Source: a virus
Lineage: Duplodnaviria; Caudoviricetes
Virus record (IMG/VR): IMGVR_UViG_2630968905_000003
Coordinates: 1-64,000 of that record
DNA length: 64,000 bases
Strand: one strand, 5' to 3'
The stretch's first letter is position 1, and each line of letters opens with the position of its first letter. The notes below the pieces were generated by a model that saw only the letters and a program-made list of their open reading frames with translations, was not told where the DNA came from and did not search any database. Positions 19,359 through 28,430 of the stretch are shown piece after piece. A program made the position numbers and the translations under genes.

Positions 19359-20369
19359 TTAGAGGGTGATCCTGCGCAGGGCGCCGGGCTTGGTGCAAAG
19401 CGAAATTGGATTCGACTGCACTTCGATATCGATACCTTTGCCGTTGAGCATCGGAATCTGTTTCATGTAGCGCGGCAGACCCTTGGTATTGACGGTCTCC
19501 ATGTAATCAGCCGGAGCAAAGCGGGTGATAAAGAGGCCCGGTGCACCCATCGGCGTGACGCGGCCCTCGTTATGGTCGATATATGCTGCGTCCAGATTGG
19601 CCGTGGCGCGCGAGCCGGTCTTGTATCGTTCGAAGACAAATTTGCCGACCGTGAACTTGTCGGGGATTGCCTCGCGAAGCTGAGCCGCACCATTGGTGGC
19701 GAGGAAGGTTTCCCGAATGCGCTTATGCCCCCAAAGCTTGAGGTGAAGATTGCGCCCGGTCCAGACATGGAAATGGTCGTAGAAGCCGTCGAGATCATCT
19801 TCGATAGACCAGGCAACGTCCTTTTCCAGAATTTCGTCGACCTTGGCCGCATCGTTCCCCAGGTCAAGCGATACGGGAGCCGGAACGGCAATTCCGAAGC
19901 GGTTGTACAGATCGTGCAGAACGCGTCCCGATTTCGAAGTTACGATACCCTTGATCGCGCCGACCCGCTGATGTTCGAGCGTCATGTCAAGGTCGAGCAA
20001 ATGTCGGTCGGCTTTGCCCATGACGCGATCGGTGACCTGTTCGACTTCGTTTTCAGTGCCGAAAGCGCGAATATTCTGAACTTCGTCCGCTTTAACAGAG
20101 TCGTTTCGCTCGTAGTGGTCCACATTGAATGGGATCAGATTGCGGCTCTCGCCGGTAGCAGTTTCACCGGGTCCGCCGCGTTCGGTCGGTTCGACGAGGC
20201 TGAGGGTGCCGTCACGCTCCTCGACAGATACAATCGTGGTGGTGACGCCATCTTCCTCGAACATACCGGAAGCGCCGATCTGGCCGGGGCGGTAGGGCTG
20301 ATTGTTGACGGCTGCAGTCAGCGTCTGCACCGAAAACGCGTCATCGTTGAAAATATCAAGTCCTGGCAT
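19359..20369 (-). CDS. Major capsid protein (lambda E-like)
   Basis: FAPADYMETVNT.G and QSNPISLCTKP motifs. Confidence 0.92.
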   Translation of the reverse strand: MPGLDIFNDDAFSVQTLTAAVNNQPYRPGQIGASGMFEEDGVTTTIVSVEERDGTLSLVEPTERGGPGETATGESRNLIPFNVDHYERNDSVKADEVQNIRAFGTENEVEQVTDRVMGKADRHLLDLDMTLEHQRVGAIKGIVTSKSGRVLHDLYNRFGIAVPAPVSLDLGNDAAKVDEILEKDVAWSIEDDLDGFYDHFHVWTGRNLHLKLWGHKRIRETFLATNGAAQLREAIPDKFTVGKFVFERYKTGSRATANLDAAYIDHNEGRVTPMGAPGLFITRFAPADYMETVNTKGLPRYMKQIPMLNGKGIDIEVQSNPISLCTKPGALRRITL

Positions 20370-20380
20370 GTGGGTTCTCC

Positions 20381-20764
20381 TTAGCGGGCCTTGATATGAA
20401 CGGCGCGCAACTGTTCGAGTTTTGCCGCCTGTTTGGCAGCGTCGTTGACGGAAGCGTCGAACACCAGCAGCGACGTTTTCACCTCGGCGTGCACATTGAT
20501 GATGACGGCTTCTTCATCGTGGTCTGTGGCATCGACGGCATAGCAAAGGATCGCCTTTGCAGTTTCCGCGCCTTCCTTCCCGGCGACTTCGGCGGCAGGG
20601 GAGGGAATGAAGCTGCCCTTGGTCGCAGTCAGTTCACCGAGAACGGTGCCGGGCTTGAGCTTGCCGGTGCCAGCGGGGATTTTCGCAACATCGCGCGAGA
20701 TATGACCGTCGCCTTCATGCAGGATGAATTCGAGCGGGCGCGGACCCATAACCTTGTTTTCCAT
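20381..20764 (-). CDS. Head decoration protein D
   Basis: GTVLG...G.E.AKAIL motif; precedes capsid gene. Confidence 0.85.
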   Translation of the reverse strand: MENKVMGPRPLEFILHEGDGHISRDVAKIPAGTGKLKPGTVLGELTATKGSFIPSPAAEVAGKEGAETAKAILCYAVDATDHDEEAVIINVHAEVKTSLLVFDASVNDAAKQAAKLEQLRAVHIKAR

Positions 20765-20776
20765 GGGTGGTTTCTC

Positions 20777-21817
20777 CTACTTGGCCGCTTGACGCCGCGA
20801 GGCGTAAATCTCGCCGGTGTTGATCTTTGCGGTTGGTGTTCCGGGCTTGCGCGGTGGCTGCGGTTGCGATTGACCCGAAGCGAGCATCCGTCGCTGTTCA
20901 TAATCCTGCGCGGGGTCCGGTTCGGTCTGGCCTGCGGCCTCTGCCTTCGGCGCCACGGTCAACGCCTTGATGGCATCTTCTGCCGACATCGTGGTGTCGT
21001 AGGCAAAATGGCTGGCCAGTTGTTCGCGCCCCGACGCTTCGGGGCTGGTCATGATGGCCTTGATCCGCTCCTTGGTCGCCTTCTCGGCATTGGCGGTTGC
21101 GGCTGCGATATCGACGGGAGGCTGTCCCGCCGGCTTTTTGTCAGTCATGTCGTCATCCTCTTGACTGGTTGGTGCGGCGGCGGGTGCGGCCGCGGTCATC
21201 TCACGGTCGATGGACCATGAATTCATCTGCGCCAGGCGCTTGAGCCTGTCGGGCGCGTTGGCGTAAACCCGGTAATCGAAGGCTGAAAATGCAACGGCCT
21301 TGGCTTGTTCAGTTCCCGTGGCAAAACCTCGCTTGACCGCTTCATCGCCGGTCAGCCAGATTTCTTCGCGCATGTCGGCACGGATCGTTTCGGCACCTTC
21401 GCCCGTATGGTCGGCGTAAATATCGGCCATCAAATCGCCAAGCTTATCGAGCCGGGCGCGGGCCGCTTCATGCTCGTCCGCATTGCCATAGGTCACGGAA
21501 GCCGGATCGTGGATCATCATGAGCGAACCGGTACGCATGATGCGCTCATCCCCGGCCATAGCGATGACCGAAGCGGCGGATGCGGCCAGCGCGTCGATGT
21601 AGACGGTGACCTTGCCCTTGTGGGCCTTCAGTGCGTTGTAAATGGCCACGCCGTCGTCGACGTACCCACCCGATGAGTTGATGCGCACGGGAATATCGGT
21701 GGTGTGGCCGACCTCGGCGAGGGCGTCGAGCACATCCCGTGCCGTGAAGCCTTCATCCCAAAAGTTATCGCCGACGAACCCGTAAAGTATGAGTTCGCCG
21801 TTCTGGAGAACGGGCAT
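20777..21817 (-). CDS. ClpP-type head maturation protease/scaffold
   Basis: INSSGG, AASAAS and MMIHDP motifs. Confidence 0.92.
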   Translation of the reverse strand: MPVLQNGELILYGFVGDNFWDEGFTARDVLDALAEVGHTTDIPVRINSSGGYVDDGVAIYNALKAHKGKVTVYIDALAASAASVIAMAGDERIMRTGSLMMIHDPASVTYGNADEHEAARARLDKLGDLMADIYADHTGEGAETIRADMREEIWLTGDEAVKRGFATGTEQAKAVAFSAFDYRVYANAPDRLKRLAQMNSWSIDREMTAAAPAAAPTSQEDDDMTDKKPAGQPPVDIAAATANAEKATKERIKAIMTSPEASGREQLASHFAYDTTMSAEDAIKALTVAPKAEAAGQTEPDPAQDYEQRRMLASGQSQPQPPRKPGTPTAKINTGEIYASRRQAAK

Positions 21818-21836
21818 GTTGGAAACTCCTGTTAGG

Positions 21837-22094
21837 TCAGCAGAAGCGCATGCGCTTCGCGTACCGGCGGCGAGGACCGCCACTGATGTTCTGGCATTCC
21901 GCCGTCAGGCGTTCGATTTCCTGATCGAGCGCCGCGATATTGGTCTTGCCATACCGGACTTCATCATCACCGAAGCGCACAACTTCGGTCTGGCCGCCGG
22001 CGGCAATCTGGATGCGGAGACCGCGAAGCTTCTTGGCCGCCGCACACGGGTCATCAAGATCGATTTCCGTTTTTCTGATGCGGATCGTGTTCAT
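21837..22094 (-). CDS. Head-tail adaptor (gpW-like)
   Basis: V.FG..EVRY...NI..L...I motif; after portal. Confidence 0.75.
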   Translation of the reverse strand: MNTIRIRKTEIDLDDPCAAAKKLRGLRIQIAAGGQTEVVRFGDDEVRYGKTNIAALDQEIERLTAECQNISGGPRRRYAKRMRFC

Positions 22095-23716
22095 GCCGCA
22101 GCTTTCTTCTTTTGGTTGTCATCTGGCGGATCGTCCACCGGCAAAGGGGGCTGGTTCGGGCGCTCATAGGGAGAGCGCATGCCGGCCGCGACATAGCGTT
22201 TGTGTTCGCGTTGCTGCTGGTTAAACAGTTCGTCCGGGTCGATTCCCTTCTGACCGCATTCGATGGCAATTGATGATGTGCCGTTCGAGATGCGTTCGGA
22301 TACTGCGCGCTCGCTCTTGTAATCGTCGGCGGTCGGTGCTGCCGGCCCCTGCCACTGCGCCCAGGTAAATTTTTCCCGGTTGGCGGCGAAAACTTCGTAA
22401 GAAACCTTAAGCTTGATGCGACCTTCGCCGACCATCTCGTCGAACCAGCTTTCGTAAATTGCCTGCAACATTGGTGCTGCAAGACGCTCGCGGCGGCGCA
22501 CGGCAATCGGCCAGATGGTGGCGTTTTCCATACGAACGGACGAATAGGTCGCATCCGAATGGTCCATGGCGTAGCTGCTGTACGTGACGCCGATAGCACG
22601 GGCGGTTTCGCGGTCGAGGCTGCTGGCGAAGGGCAGATACTCCTTGCCGGGCGTAGCAGATGTCCGGAATTGAAGATCTTCTCCCGGCCCCAGCTGCGCG
22701 ACAGTGGGCGTGCCGTTGATGCCAATGGTGCTTTCCCGTGCCTTGTCCATCTTGGCTTGCAAAAAGCCGACGAACTCGTCGCGGAGTTCTTCATCCTCCA
22801 GTGCTTCCAGAGCCTCGAATGCGTCCTTCGACGGGTTCTCGCTTGTCAGAACAGCCGCAAAGATGGACTGCAGGATGGCGGTTTGCAGGGTAGCTTCGTC
22901 CAGAACCTCTTTCTGGGCATGCTTTCGGATAGCGGACGAAAGAACTGAAATGCCGCGAACGTCTGTTGCGTCGGTTGGGTCGAACAGATGCAGGACGGTC
23001 GGTCGCCCTTCCGCGTCAAAAGCTGGATAGCGAACTTTCTGAGTGACGCCGTTGACCTTTTCTTCGAACAGATAACCGATGGGGCTTCCGTCCTCGTCGT
23101 GATAGACGCCCTGAAACAGGTTTTCGAACTCGTTGCTGTCCTGCACCAGCTTGCTCGGCGGGGTCATGCAGACCTTCAGTCCGGTCCTGATCCCCTTCGC
23201 CCGGCGCTTGGCGCGCGGCATGTAGTCCAGAATCCCGGTGATTTCGCCATAGGCCATGTACCAACGCAGACCGATATCGACCAGCTGCGGCAGAGTGAAC
23301 TTGCCCCGCATGTCGCATTCGCGCGGGTTCCAGGCATAGCGCTTCCATTCCCGCTTTATCTGCGCGACGAGAGCGGCAACTTCATCCGGCGAATAACCGA
23401 GTTCTGCGAGTTCCGGCTGCGGCTGCAAGACAAGCTCAACGCCGACAGTATCGACGAGAACCTGATCGCAGGCCCCTTTGAGCTTGCCGGAATTCTGGAT
23501 GAAATCCAGTGCATAGGCGGCGGCACGCCGCCAGCTTCGCCGGATTTCCTCGCGGTTGTCGACAATGGAAACCTGTTGTGCGGCCAGAACACCGCTCTTG
23601 GAATCACGCAACATGCGTGCGGTTGGTCGCGTCGAAACGCCCGACAGCACTGTGCCGGAGCGCAGCGCACGGCCTACCCCTTTAATGCGGTCGAGCAAAT
23701 TCATCGATTTTTCCAT
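22091..23716 (-). CDS. Portal protein (lambda family)
   Basis: VRGISVL, D.S.ATYSSVRM motifs. Confidence 0.92.
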   Translation of the reverse strand: MEKSMNLLDRIKGVGRALRSGTVLSGVSTRPTARMLRDSKSGVLAAQQVSIVDNREEIRRSWRRAAAYALDFIQNSGKLKGACDQVLVDTVGVELVLQPQPELAELGYSPDEVAALVAQIKREWKRYAWNPRECDMRGKFTLPQLVDIGLRWYMAYGEITGILDYMPRAKRRAKGIRTGLKVCMTPPSKLVQDSNEFENLFQGVYHDEDGSPIGYLFEEKVNGVTQKVRYPAFDAEGRPTVLHLFDPTDATDVRGISVLSSAIRKHAQKEVLDEATLQTAILQSIFAAVLTSENPSKDAFEALEALEDEELRDEFVGFLQAKMDKARESTIGINGTPTVAQLGPGEDLQFRTSATPGKEYLPFASSLDRETARAIGVTYSSYAMDHSDATYSSVRMENATIWPIAVRRRERLAAPMLQAIYESWFDEMVGEGRIKLKVSYEVFAANREKFTWAQWQGPAAPTADDYKSERAVSERISNGTSSIAIECGQKGIDPDELFNQQQREHKRYVAAGMRSPYERPNQPPLPVDDPPDDNQKKKAAA

Positions 23717-25803
23717 GCATTGCGCCGCGCTTCGGTATCGCGTGGCTTTTTCGGTTTCTCAGGCTTGTCGAAGACAGATTGCTCGGCATGGCCGAACAAA
23801 TCATTCTCGGCTGGCACGCCATGAACTTTGACCAGCAGGTCGGCCCACCGCTCTGCGGTCAGGCGGAGTTTGCGTTCGAGGTGCCAGCCGAGTGCGAAGG
23901 CGTAAACGGTGGCATCAAACCAGTCGTTTTTGCGCCCTGCGATCTTTTTCCAGATGCGGCCCGCCTTTGACGGGATAAGCTTTCGCTTGCCACGTGACGG
24001 CTTGGACAGAGCCTCTTCATCCGGATCGACGAGACTTTCGGCGGTCAACTCCTTGGCGAAGTCTTCGTCGCAAATATCGTTGGCGATATGCAGCGTGTTG
24101 CGCGGCCATTGCCCGCTCTCATCGGCCCCCAGCACGAGATTGGCGAGTGAGGCGACGACAGCGGTTTTCACATCGAACAGGCCAACCGGATAGAGAAGAA
24201 CCTTTGCAATGATGCGCCGGTGCTTGTCTTTGATGTCCCGCTTGACTGGTGTTCCCAGCCACGGGAGCCCCTGCGGTGCGCGGCCATCGAGCGCATAAAC
24301 GTTCGCACGTGGTGCGCAAAAACGATAAACGCGGTCGGTCGCGAAACCGGAATCGACGCCGGAAAGGTCGATGCCTTTCATGCCGCCGCCGGCGGTTGGA
24401 TATTCTCGCCCGAAAGCATCGGACAATTTGATCCACGGTTCGTCGCTTTGGTCAGGGGCTCCCTCAAAAATCTCCCGGTCGATGATCTGGTATTGGCCGC
24501 GCGGACCAATGGCGATGACCATCCACTTGATGCCATAGCCCTGCACGTCGGCAGCGGAAACCACGAGACCAGCCCATGATGGTATGACCCGTGAAGGCTG
24601 CAATTCCTTGCGCACCGCCTCGACAATCTTCTCATGTTCGACTGCGACGCCGGCAGGGTCATAGGGCAGCGCCAAATCCTGCTGGAAGAATGTGCGCAGC
24701 TTGGTGACGTTACCTTGTGCGTCCGTCCAGCGGGACCAGATATCGGCCCAACGCTCGCGCGGCGCATAGGCTGCCCACAGGTGCCACGACGGTTGCCAGT
24801 CCCTGCAACGACCCTCGCAGGGATTGCAGCGCCATAGCTCAATATCGGCCTCAGGGATCGCAAGAGGAATAGGCGGCTCGCCTTCGCGAACCCGGCGCGC
24901 TATCCATTTTCCTTGCGGCAGCATTTCATGTTTGTGGCCGTCAAGGATGACCTCGTTGCAGGAAATGCAGCGGAAGTGCACCGGCAGACCTCGTTCGGAG
25001 TCTGCTGGCGACATGTTGTCGAATTCCAGTGCCTGATAAGTGCGGCAGTGCGGGCAGGGCAGGTAATAGTATCGCTGATCCCCAGCCTCGAAATCGTCGC
25101 TGATCGCACACGCACCTGCAATTCCGGGCGTCGATCCCTGCCATTCCTTCGCAGTGTCGCCATGCATTTTCTGGCGGGCGCGAGCCTGATCGCGAGGACT
25201 GCCGCGACCGTCAACATCGCTCTGGTAGCCGGTGATCTCGTCCATGGCGAGATACTTGATCGATACCATCTGCAGGCCCTTGGACGAACCTGCATTGACG
25301 ATCTGGCAGAACCCGCCGGCGAAACGTTTAAATGCCGTGGTCGAGCCTTGTTCATCGCGGCTGTTGACCGGAAGCACCTTGTGCTTGATGCGAGGTGTCG
25401 CCTCAATGGTTGGATGAAGCTTGATGCGGTTAAACTTCGTCGCTTCTTCCAGTGTCGGCAGCACGATCATCATCGAGCCGGGTGCTTGGTCAACGATGAA
25501 GCAAAACCAGTTCTCGATTGCGGTCGACTTGCCAAGCTGCGCGGCCCAACGGGCAGTGCAACGACGCGCCGGGTGATCTGGATGCAGGCAATCTTGCGGC
25601 TCGCGCAGATAAGGCACACGGTCAGTGCGGAAGTCGCCCGGCCAAGGCGAGCCGGATTCCGGCGAAACCTTACGATAGCGGTCCGCGTGCTCGGAAATGG
25701 TCAGATTCTCAATAGGGCGGCTTGCAGCTTCCAGCCCCCGGAACAACACCAGTTCGCCACGGGGCAATTCCATGAATTGCTCGCGCGGCTGCGGGGCGTT
25801 CAT
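23701..25803 (-). CDS. Terminase large subunit (GpA family)
   Basis: AAQLGKS Walker A, AMDE Walker B, STP, PCPHC, DVQ, NDWFD motifs. Confidence 0.95.
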   Translation of the reverse strand: MNAPQPREQFMELPRGELVLFRGLEAASRPIENLTISEHADRYRKVSPESGSPWPGDFRTDRVPYLREPQDCLHPDHPARRCTARWAAQLGKSTAIENWFCFIVDQAPGSMMIVLPTLEEATKFNRIKLHPTIEATPRIKHKVLPVNSRDEQGSTTAFKRFAGGFCQIVNAGSSKGLQMVSIKYLAMDEITGYQSDVDGRGSPRDQARARQKMHGDTAKEWQGSTPGIAGACAISDDFEAGDQRYYYLPCPHCRTYQALEFDNMSPADSERGLPVHFRCISCNEVILDGHKHEMLPQGKWIARRVREGEPPIPLAIPEADIELWRCNPCEGRCRDWQPSWHLWAAYAPRERWADIWSRWTDAQGNVTKLRTFFQQDLALPYDPAGVAVEHEKIVEAVRKELQPSRVIPSWAGLVVSAADVQGYGIKWMVIAIGPRGQYQIIDREIFEGAPDQSDEPWIKLSDAFGREYPTAGGGMKGIDLSGVDSGFATDRVYRFCAPRANVYALDGRAPQGLPWLGTPVKRDIKDKHRRIIAKVLLYPVGLFDVKTAVVASLANLVLGADESGQWPRNTLHIANDICDEDFAKELTAESLVDPDEEALSKPSRGKRKLIPSKAGRIWKKIAGRKNDWFDATVYAFALGWHLERKLRLTAERWADLLVKVHGVPAENDLFGHAEQSVFDKPEKPKKPRDTEARRNAWKNR

Positions 25804-26417
25804 ATCTGCTCGCTTTCCTCTTTTGGTTCGTCGGTCGTGTCGGCCTCATCCCGCTGGCGCATGGCATCGATCCGTCCGAGAATTGTCTGATTGAAAACTT
25901 CCAGTCCCTTGCGGACAAACGCCTTGAGGACCATACGCGTGGCGCGTTCGTCGAACCCGTATTTCACAGAGGCGTTTGCGGCCTCCGTTTCCAGTGCGCG
26001 TTCGAACGCACTCTGCATCAGTGCGACTGCATCGCGGCCCGCACGATCCACTTCCGATACTTTGGTCAGTGTCTTGCGGCGTTCCGCCAAGTCCATTTCG
26101 CGCAGTTCGGCGTCGGCCTGGGCCTTTCGCGCTGCGCCATCGGACTGACTTCCCGAAAAGCGCGGCGCAGGAGTAAAATTCCCCTGCGCCGCAGCCGGCC
26201 GCGCTGTGGGACTTGTCGCGCGGATTCGGATGTTCTCGCTCCGGTGCGCGAGCAAAGCGTTGAATTCGACCAAGCGGGCCTTGCCGTCGTCGCGAAGTTC
26301 GATCGCTTCGGAGTGCTGTTTCAGGTATCGCGAAAGGGTCGAGCGCTCGACCAGATCGCCCCTCGCGGTCAGCCGCGCGGCGGCTTCCGAAATCGAAATC
26401 CAATCACCGTCCGACAT
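25800..26417 (-). CDS. Terminase small subunit
   Basis: N-terminal winged HTH (ISISEAA...RSTLSRY), coiled segment; directly upstream of terL. Confidence 0.75.
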   Translation of the reverse strand: MSDGDWISISEAAARLTARGDLVERSTLSRYLKQHSEAIELRDDGKARLVEFNALLAHRSENIRIRATSPTARPAAAQGNFTPAPRFSGSQSDGAARKAQADAELREMDLAERRKTLTKVSEVDRAGRDAVALMQSAFERALETEAANASVKYGFDERATRMVLKAFVRKGLEVFNQTILGRIDAMRQRDEADTTDEPKEESEQI

Positions 26418-26429
26418 GGCGTCCCGCTT

Positions 26430-26566
26430 TGCGTTGTGTGTATGCACACGTGCAAGCACGTGTATCTGTGTATCGCTTTCAAAACGACCTACTGGCGAAA
26501 ACCGGCAGTCGAGCCCGCCCGTCCGGTGGATTAGGGGCGGATACGGTCCCTAAAAGGGGGGAGGGG
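26430..26566. other. Probable cos/packaging region
   Basis: Non-coding gap upstream of terS with palindrome ACACGTGC-AA-GCACGTGT (26446-26463) and repeated TACAC on minus strand. Confidence 0.5.
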
Positions 26567-27139
26567 TCACCCAAGGAGCTTGCGGATGACGGCCTCGACC
26601 CGAGGGGGCATGGTCACGGTCGCCTCGCGCTCGAATGCATCGCGGGTCTCGCCGCGCACCATCTCATCGGGAATGCGAACGTCCGACTTCACCTGCGTGA
26701 CGCGTCGTTGCGAAGCGCGGCCAATGCGTCGGTAGACATGCCCTTCCAAATTCCAGTGCTTCACGTGGCGGTAGGGGAACTGCCCGCCCATGATGAAGGT
26801 GCCGGGGAATACGCGGCGCTTCCCAAATGGCTGCGCTGCTACACCCTGCCGGGTTTCTCTTGCCCTGAAATACTTCAGACGGATGAACCCGCCACGCGAT
26901 TGCAGGGAATAGAACAGTTTTCCCGGCTTTGCGGTATCAATGTTCTTGACTGCCCGAACGATGACCTGCCGTTCCAGTCCTGTTTGTTTCGTGAGGTTGC
27001 GCACCACGCGGGTGCGGGCACGCCGACCAACCTGATTGACGATGCGCGGCAAAACTTTCGGAAATTCCGTTTGCAGCCGCTTGATGCCGCCGGCGTACCG
27101 GCGCAGCCCTTCGATGTTTTCCCACCGATAGACAAGCAT
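26567..27139 (-). CDS. Minor tail protein Z-like basic protein
   Basis: Arg-rich 190 aa, PFGKRRVFPGTFI motif; first late gene. Confidence 0.7.
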   Translation of the reverse strand: MLVYRWENIEGLRRYAGGIKRLQTEFPKVLPRIVNQVGRRARTRVVRNLTKQTGLERQVIVRAVKNIDTAKPGKLFYSLQSRGGFIRLKYFRARETRQGVAAQPFGKRRVFPGTFIMGGQFPYRHVKHWNLEGHVYRRIGRASQRRVTQVKSDVRIPDEMVRGETRDAFEREATVTMPPRVEAVIRKLLG

Positions 27140-27157
27140 CGCGAATTCCGCCCCATG

Positions 27158-27192
27158 AAACGAAAAACCCCGGTCGCGGGTGCGCCGGGGTT
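27158..27192 (-). terminator. tR'-like terminator in late leader
   Basis: AACCCCGG/CCGGGGTT stem plus T-run shortly after candidate late promoter (TTGACC/TTGACT at 27224-27247). Confidence 0.65.
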
Positions 27193-27243
27193 CTGTCTAA
27201 TCTTTTTTAGCATCCAAGGTGTAAGTCAAGTTTCTGCAGCAGG

Positions 27244-28083
27244 TCAACACTTATTTTGGAGTTCCATACGTTTGGTGTCCCCAAAAGCCCGGCATAGCTG
27301 GATGCCGACCATATCGCGATCCTCCAACCATGGCGTTGCCGAGCGGTGCGAAAATGTCAACTTGTGGCCTACGAGCCGATCAATGAGTGCTGATTCCAGC
27401 TTCGCGAGTGCCGCAACCCAAATCTGATAGTCAATCCGACCCAAGATATCGGCAGTCGGGTCAGGCGTCAGAACAAACTTGCGATAGGCGCCAGGATAGG
27501 GCCGATGGGCGCGGCGATTAAATCCGTCAACCTCAACCGAATATTCACGCCCAAAGGCATCGACGGCTGACCTACGGACGAACCATGACGGGGTTCCCTC
27601 GCGGCGCGCGAACACAACGCATTCCGGTTCTGGCGCGGTATAATCGGGCGCTCGCCCCAACACGGCGCTGGAGATGACAAGCGATGCGATGCCAGCGCTG
27701 CGCGAACGGGCAGGACGCAGCATAAGACGTTCGGTCGCCCGCGCCACCGCATCTGCCGTCAGCCCGTCGAAATCCTGCCAGTCGGCAACCGGGTTCCAGC
27801 CATCCGGGAAAGAAACATCAAAGCGGGCAAGATCGGCAACCGCCTTACCCACCTCAAGTGCATCCTCGTGCGGCGCACCCTGTTCGACCCACATACCGGG
27901 TTCTGGACGGTCGCGGTCGACAAGCGTCATGAGTTCTGCATAGCCCAGAACTTTTCCCCAAGACGAAGCCTCCAGTTGCCGCCATGCAGAGTGAATGCTA
28001 TCCAGACCATCAACGCCGCCACCTTTTGGCAGTTCGTGGACGAAAGCCCAGACGAGAAGTTCATCAATCGTTACGGTTTTCAT
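27244..28083 (-). CDS. Putative late-gene regulator (Q-position protein)
   Basis: Last delayed-early gene before late promoter/terminator; IDELLVWAF..E and Y..W..AL motifs. Confidence 0.6.
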   Translation of the reverse strand: MKTVTIDELLVWAFVHELPKGGGVDGLDSIHSAWRQLEASSWGKVLGYAELMTLVDRDRPEPGMWVEQGAPHEDALEVGKAVADLARFDVSFPDGWNPVADWQDFDGLTADAVARATERLMLRPARSRSAGIASLVISSAVLGRAPDYTAPEPECVVFARREGTPSWFVRRSAVDAFGREYSVEVDGFNRRAHRPYPGAYRKFVLTPDPTADILGRIDYQIWVAALAKLESALIDRLVGHKLTFSHRSATPWLEDRDMVGIQLCRAFGDTKRMELQNKC

Positions 28084-28084
28084 G

Positions 28085-28371
28085 TTTTACACCACTTGCG
28101 ATAGTTTGCACCAGTTTGCACCACTTAGAAAACTGGAAATAGAATAACAAAATCAAATATTTGCACCAGTTTGCACCAGTTTTGGCTTGTGCATATAATA
28201 AGCTTTTTCCCCCATCCCCCTTTTTCCCTTATGTATACACAAGAAAAACTGGTGCAAACTGGTGCAAGTTGTTGAAATCATTTCATTTATCCCGTTGTTT
28301 AAACTGGTGCAGAGTGGTGCAAACTGGTGCAAACTACTGCACAGCATAAGTTTAATCATATCAAAGGGTTG
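28085..28371. repeat. Iteron-containing replication origin
   Basis: AAACTGGTGC-type 10-mers in nested inverted clusters; AT-rich; IHF consensus matches at 28151-28163 and 28359-28371. Confidence 0.75.
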
Positions 28372-28430
28372 CCGGTTTTCAGGAGCGAAAGCCGTGCCGA
28401 AGGCGGGGTTGCGGGGAAGAATAGCAAGCA

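Noticed and set aside
28085-28345. CRISPR array
   Set aside because: Repeats are abutting 10-mers in both orientations without unique spacers, and there are no cas genes
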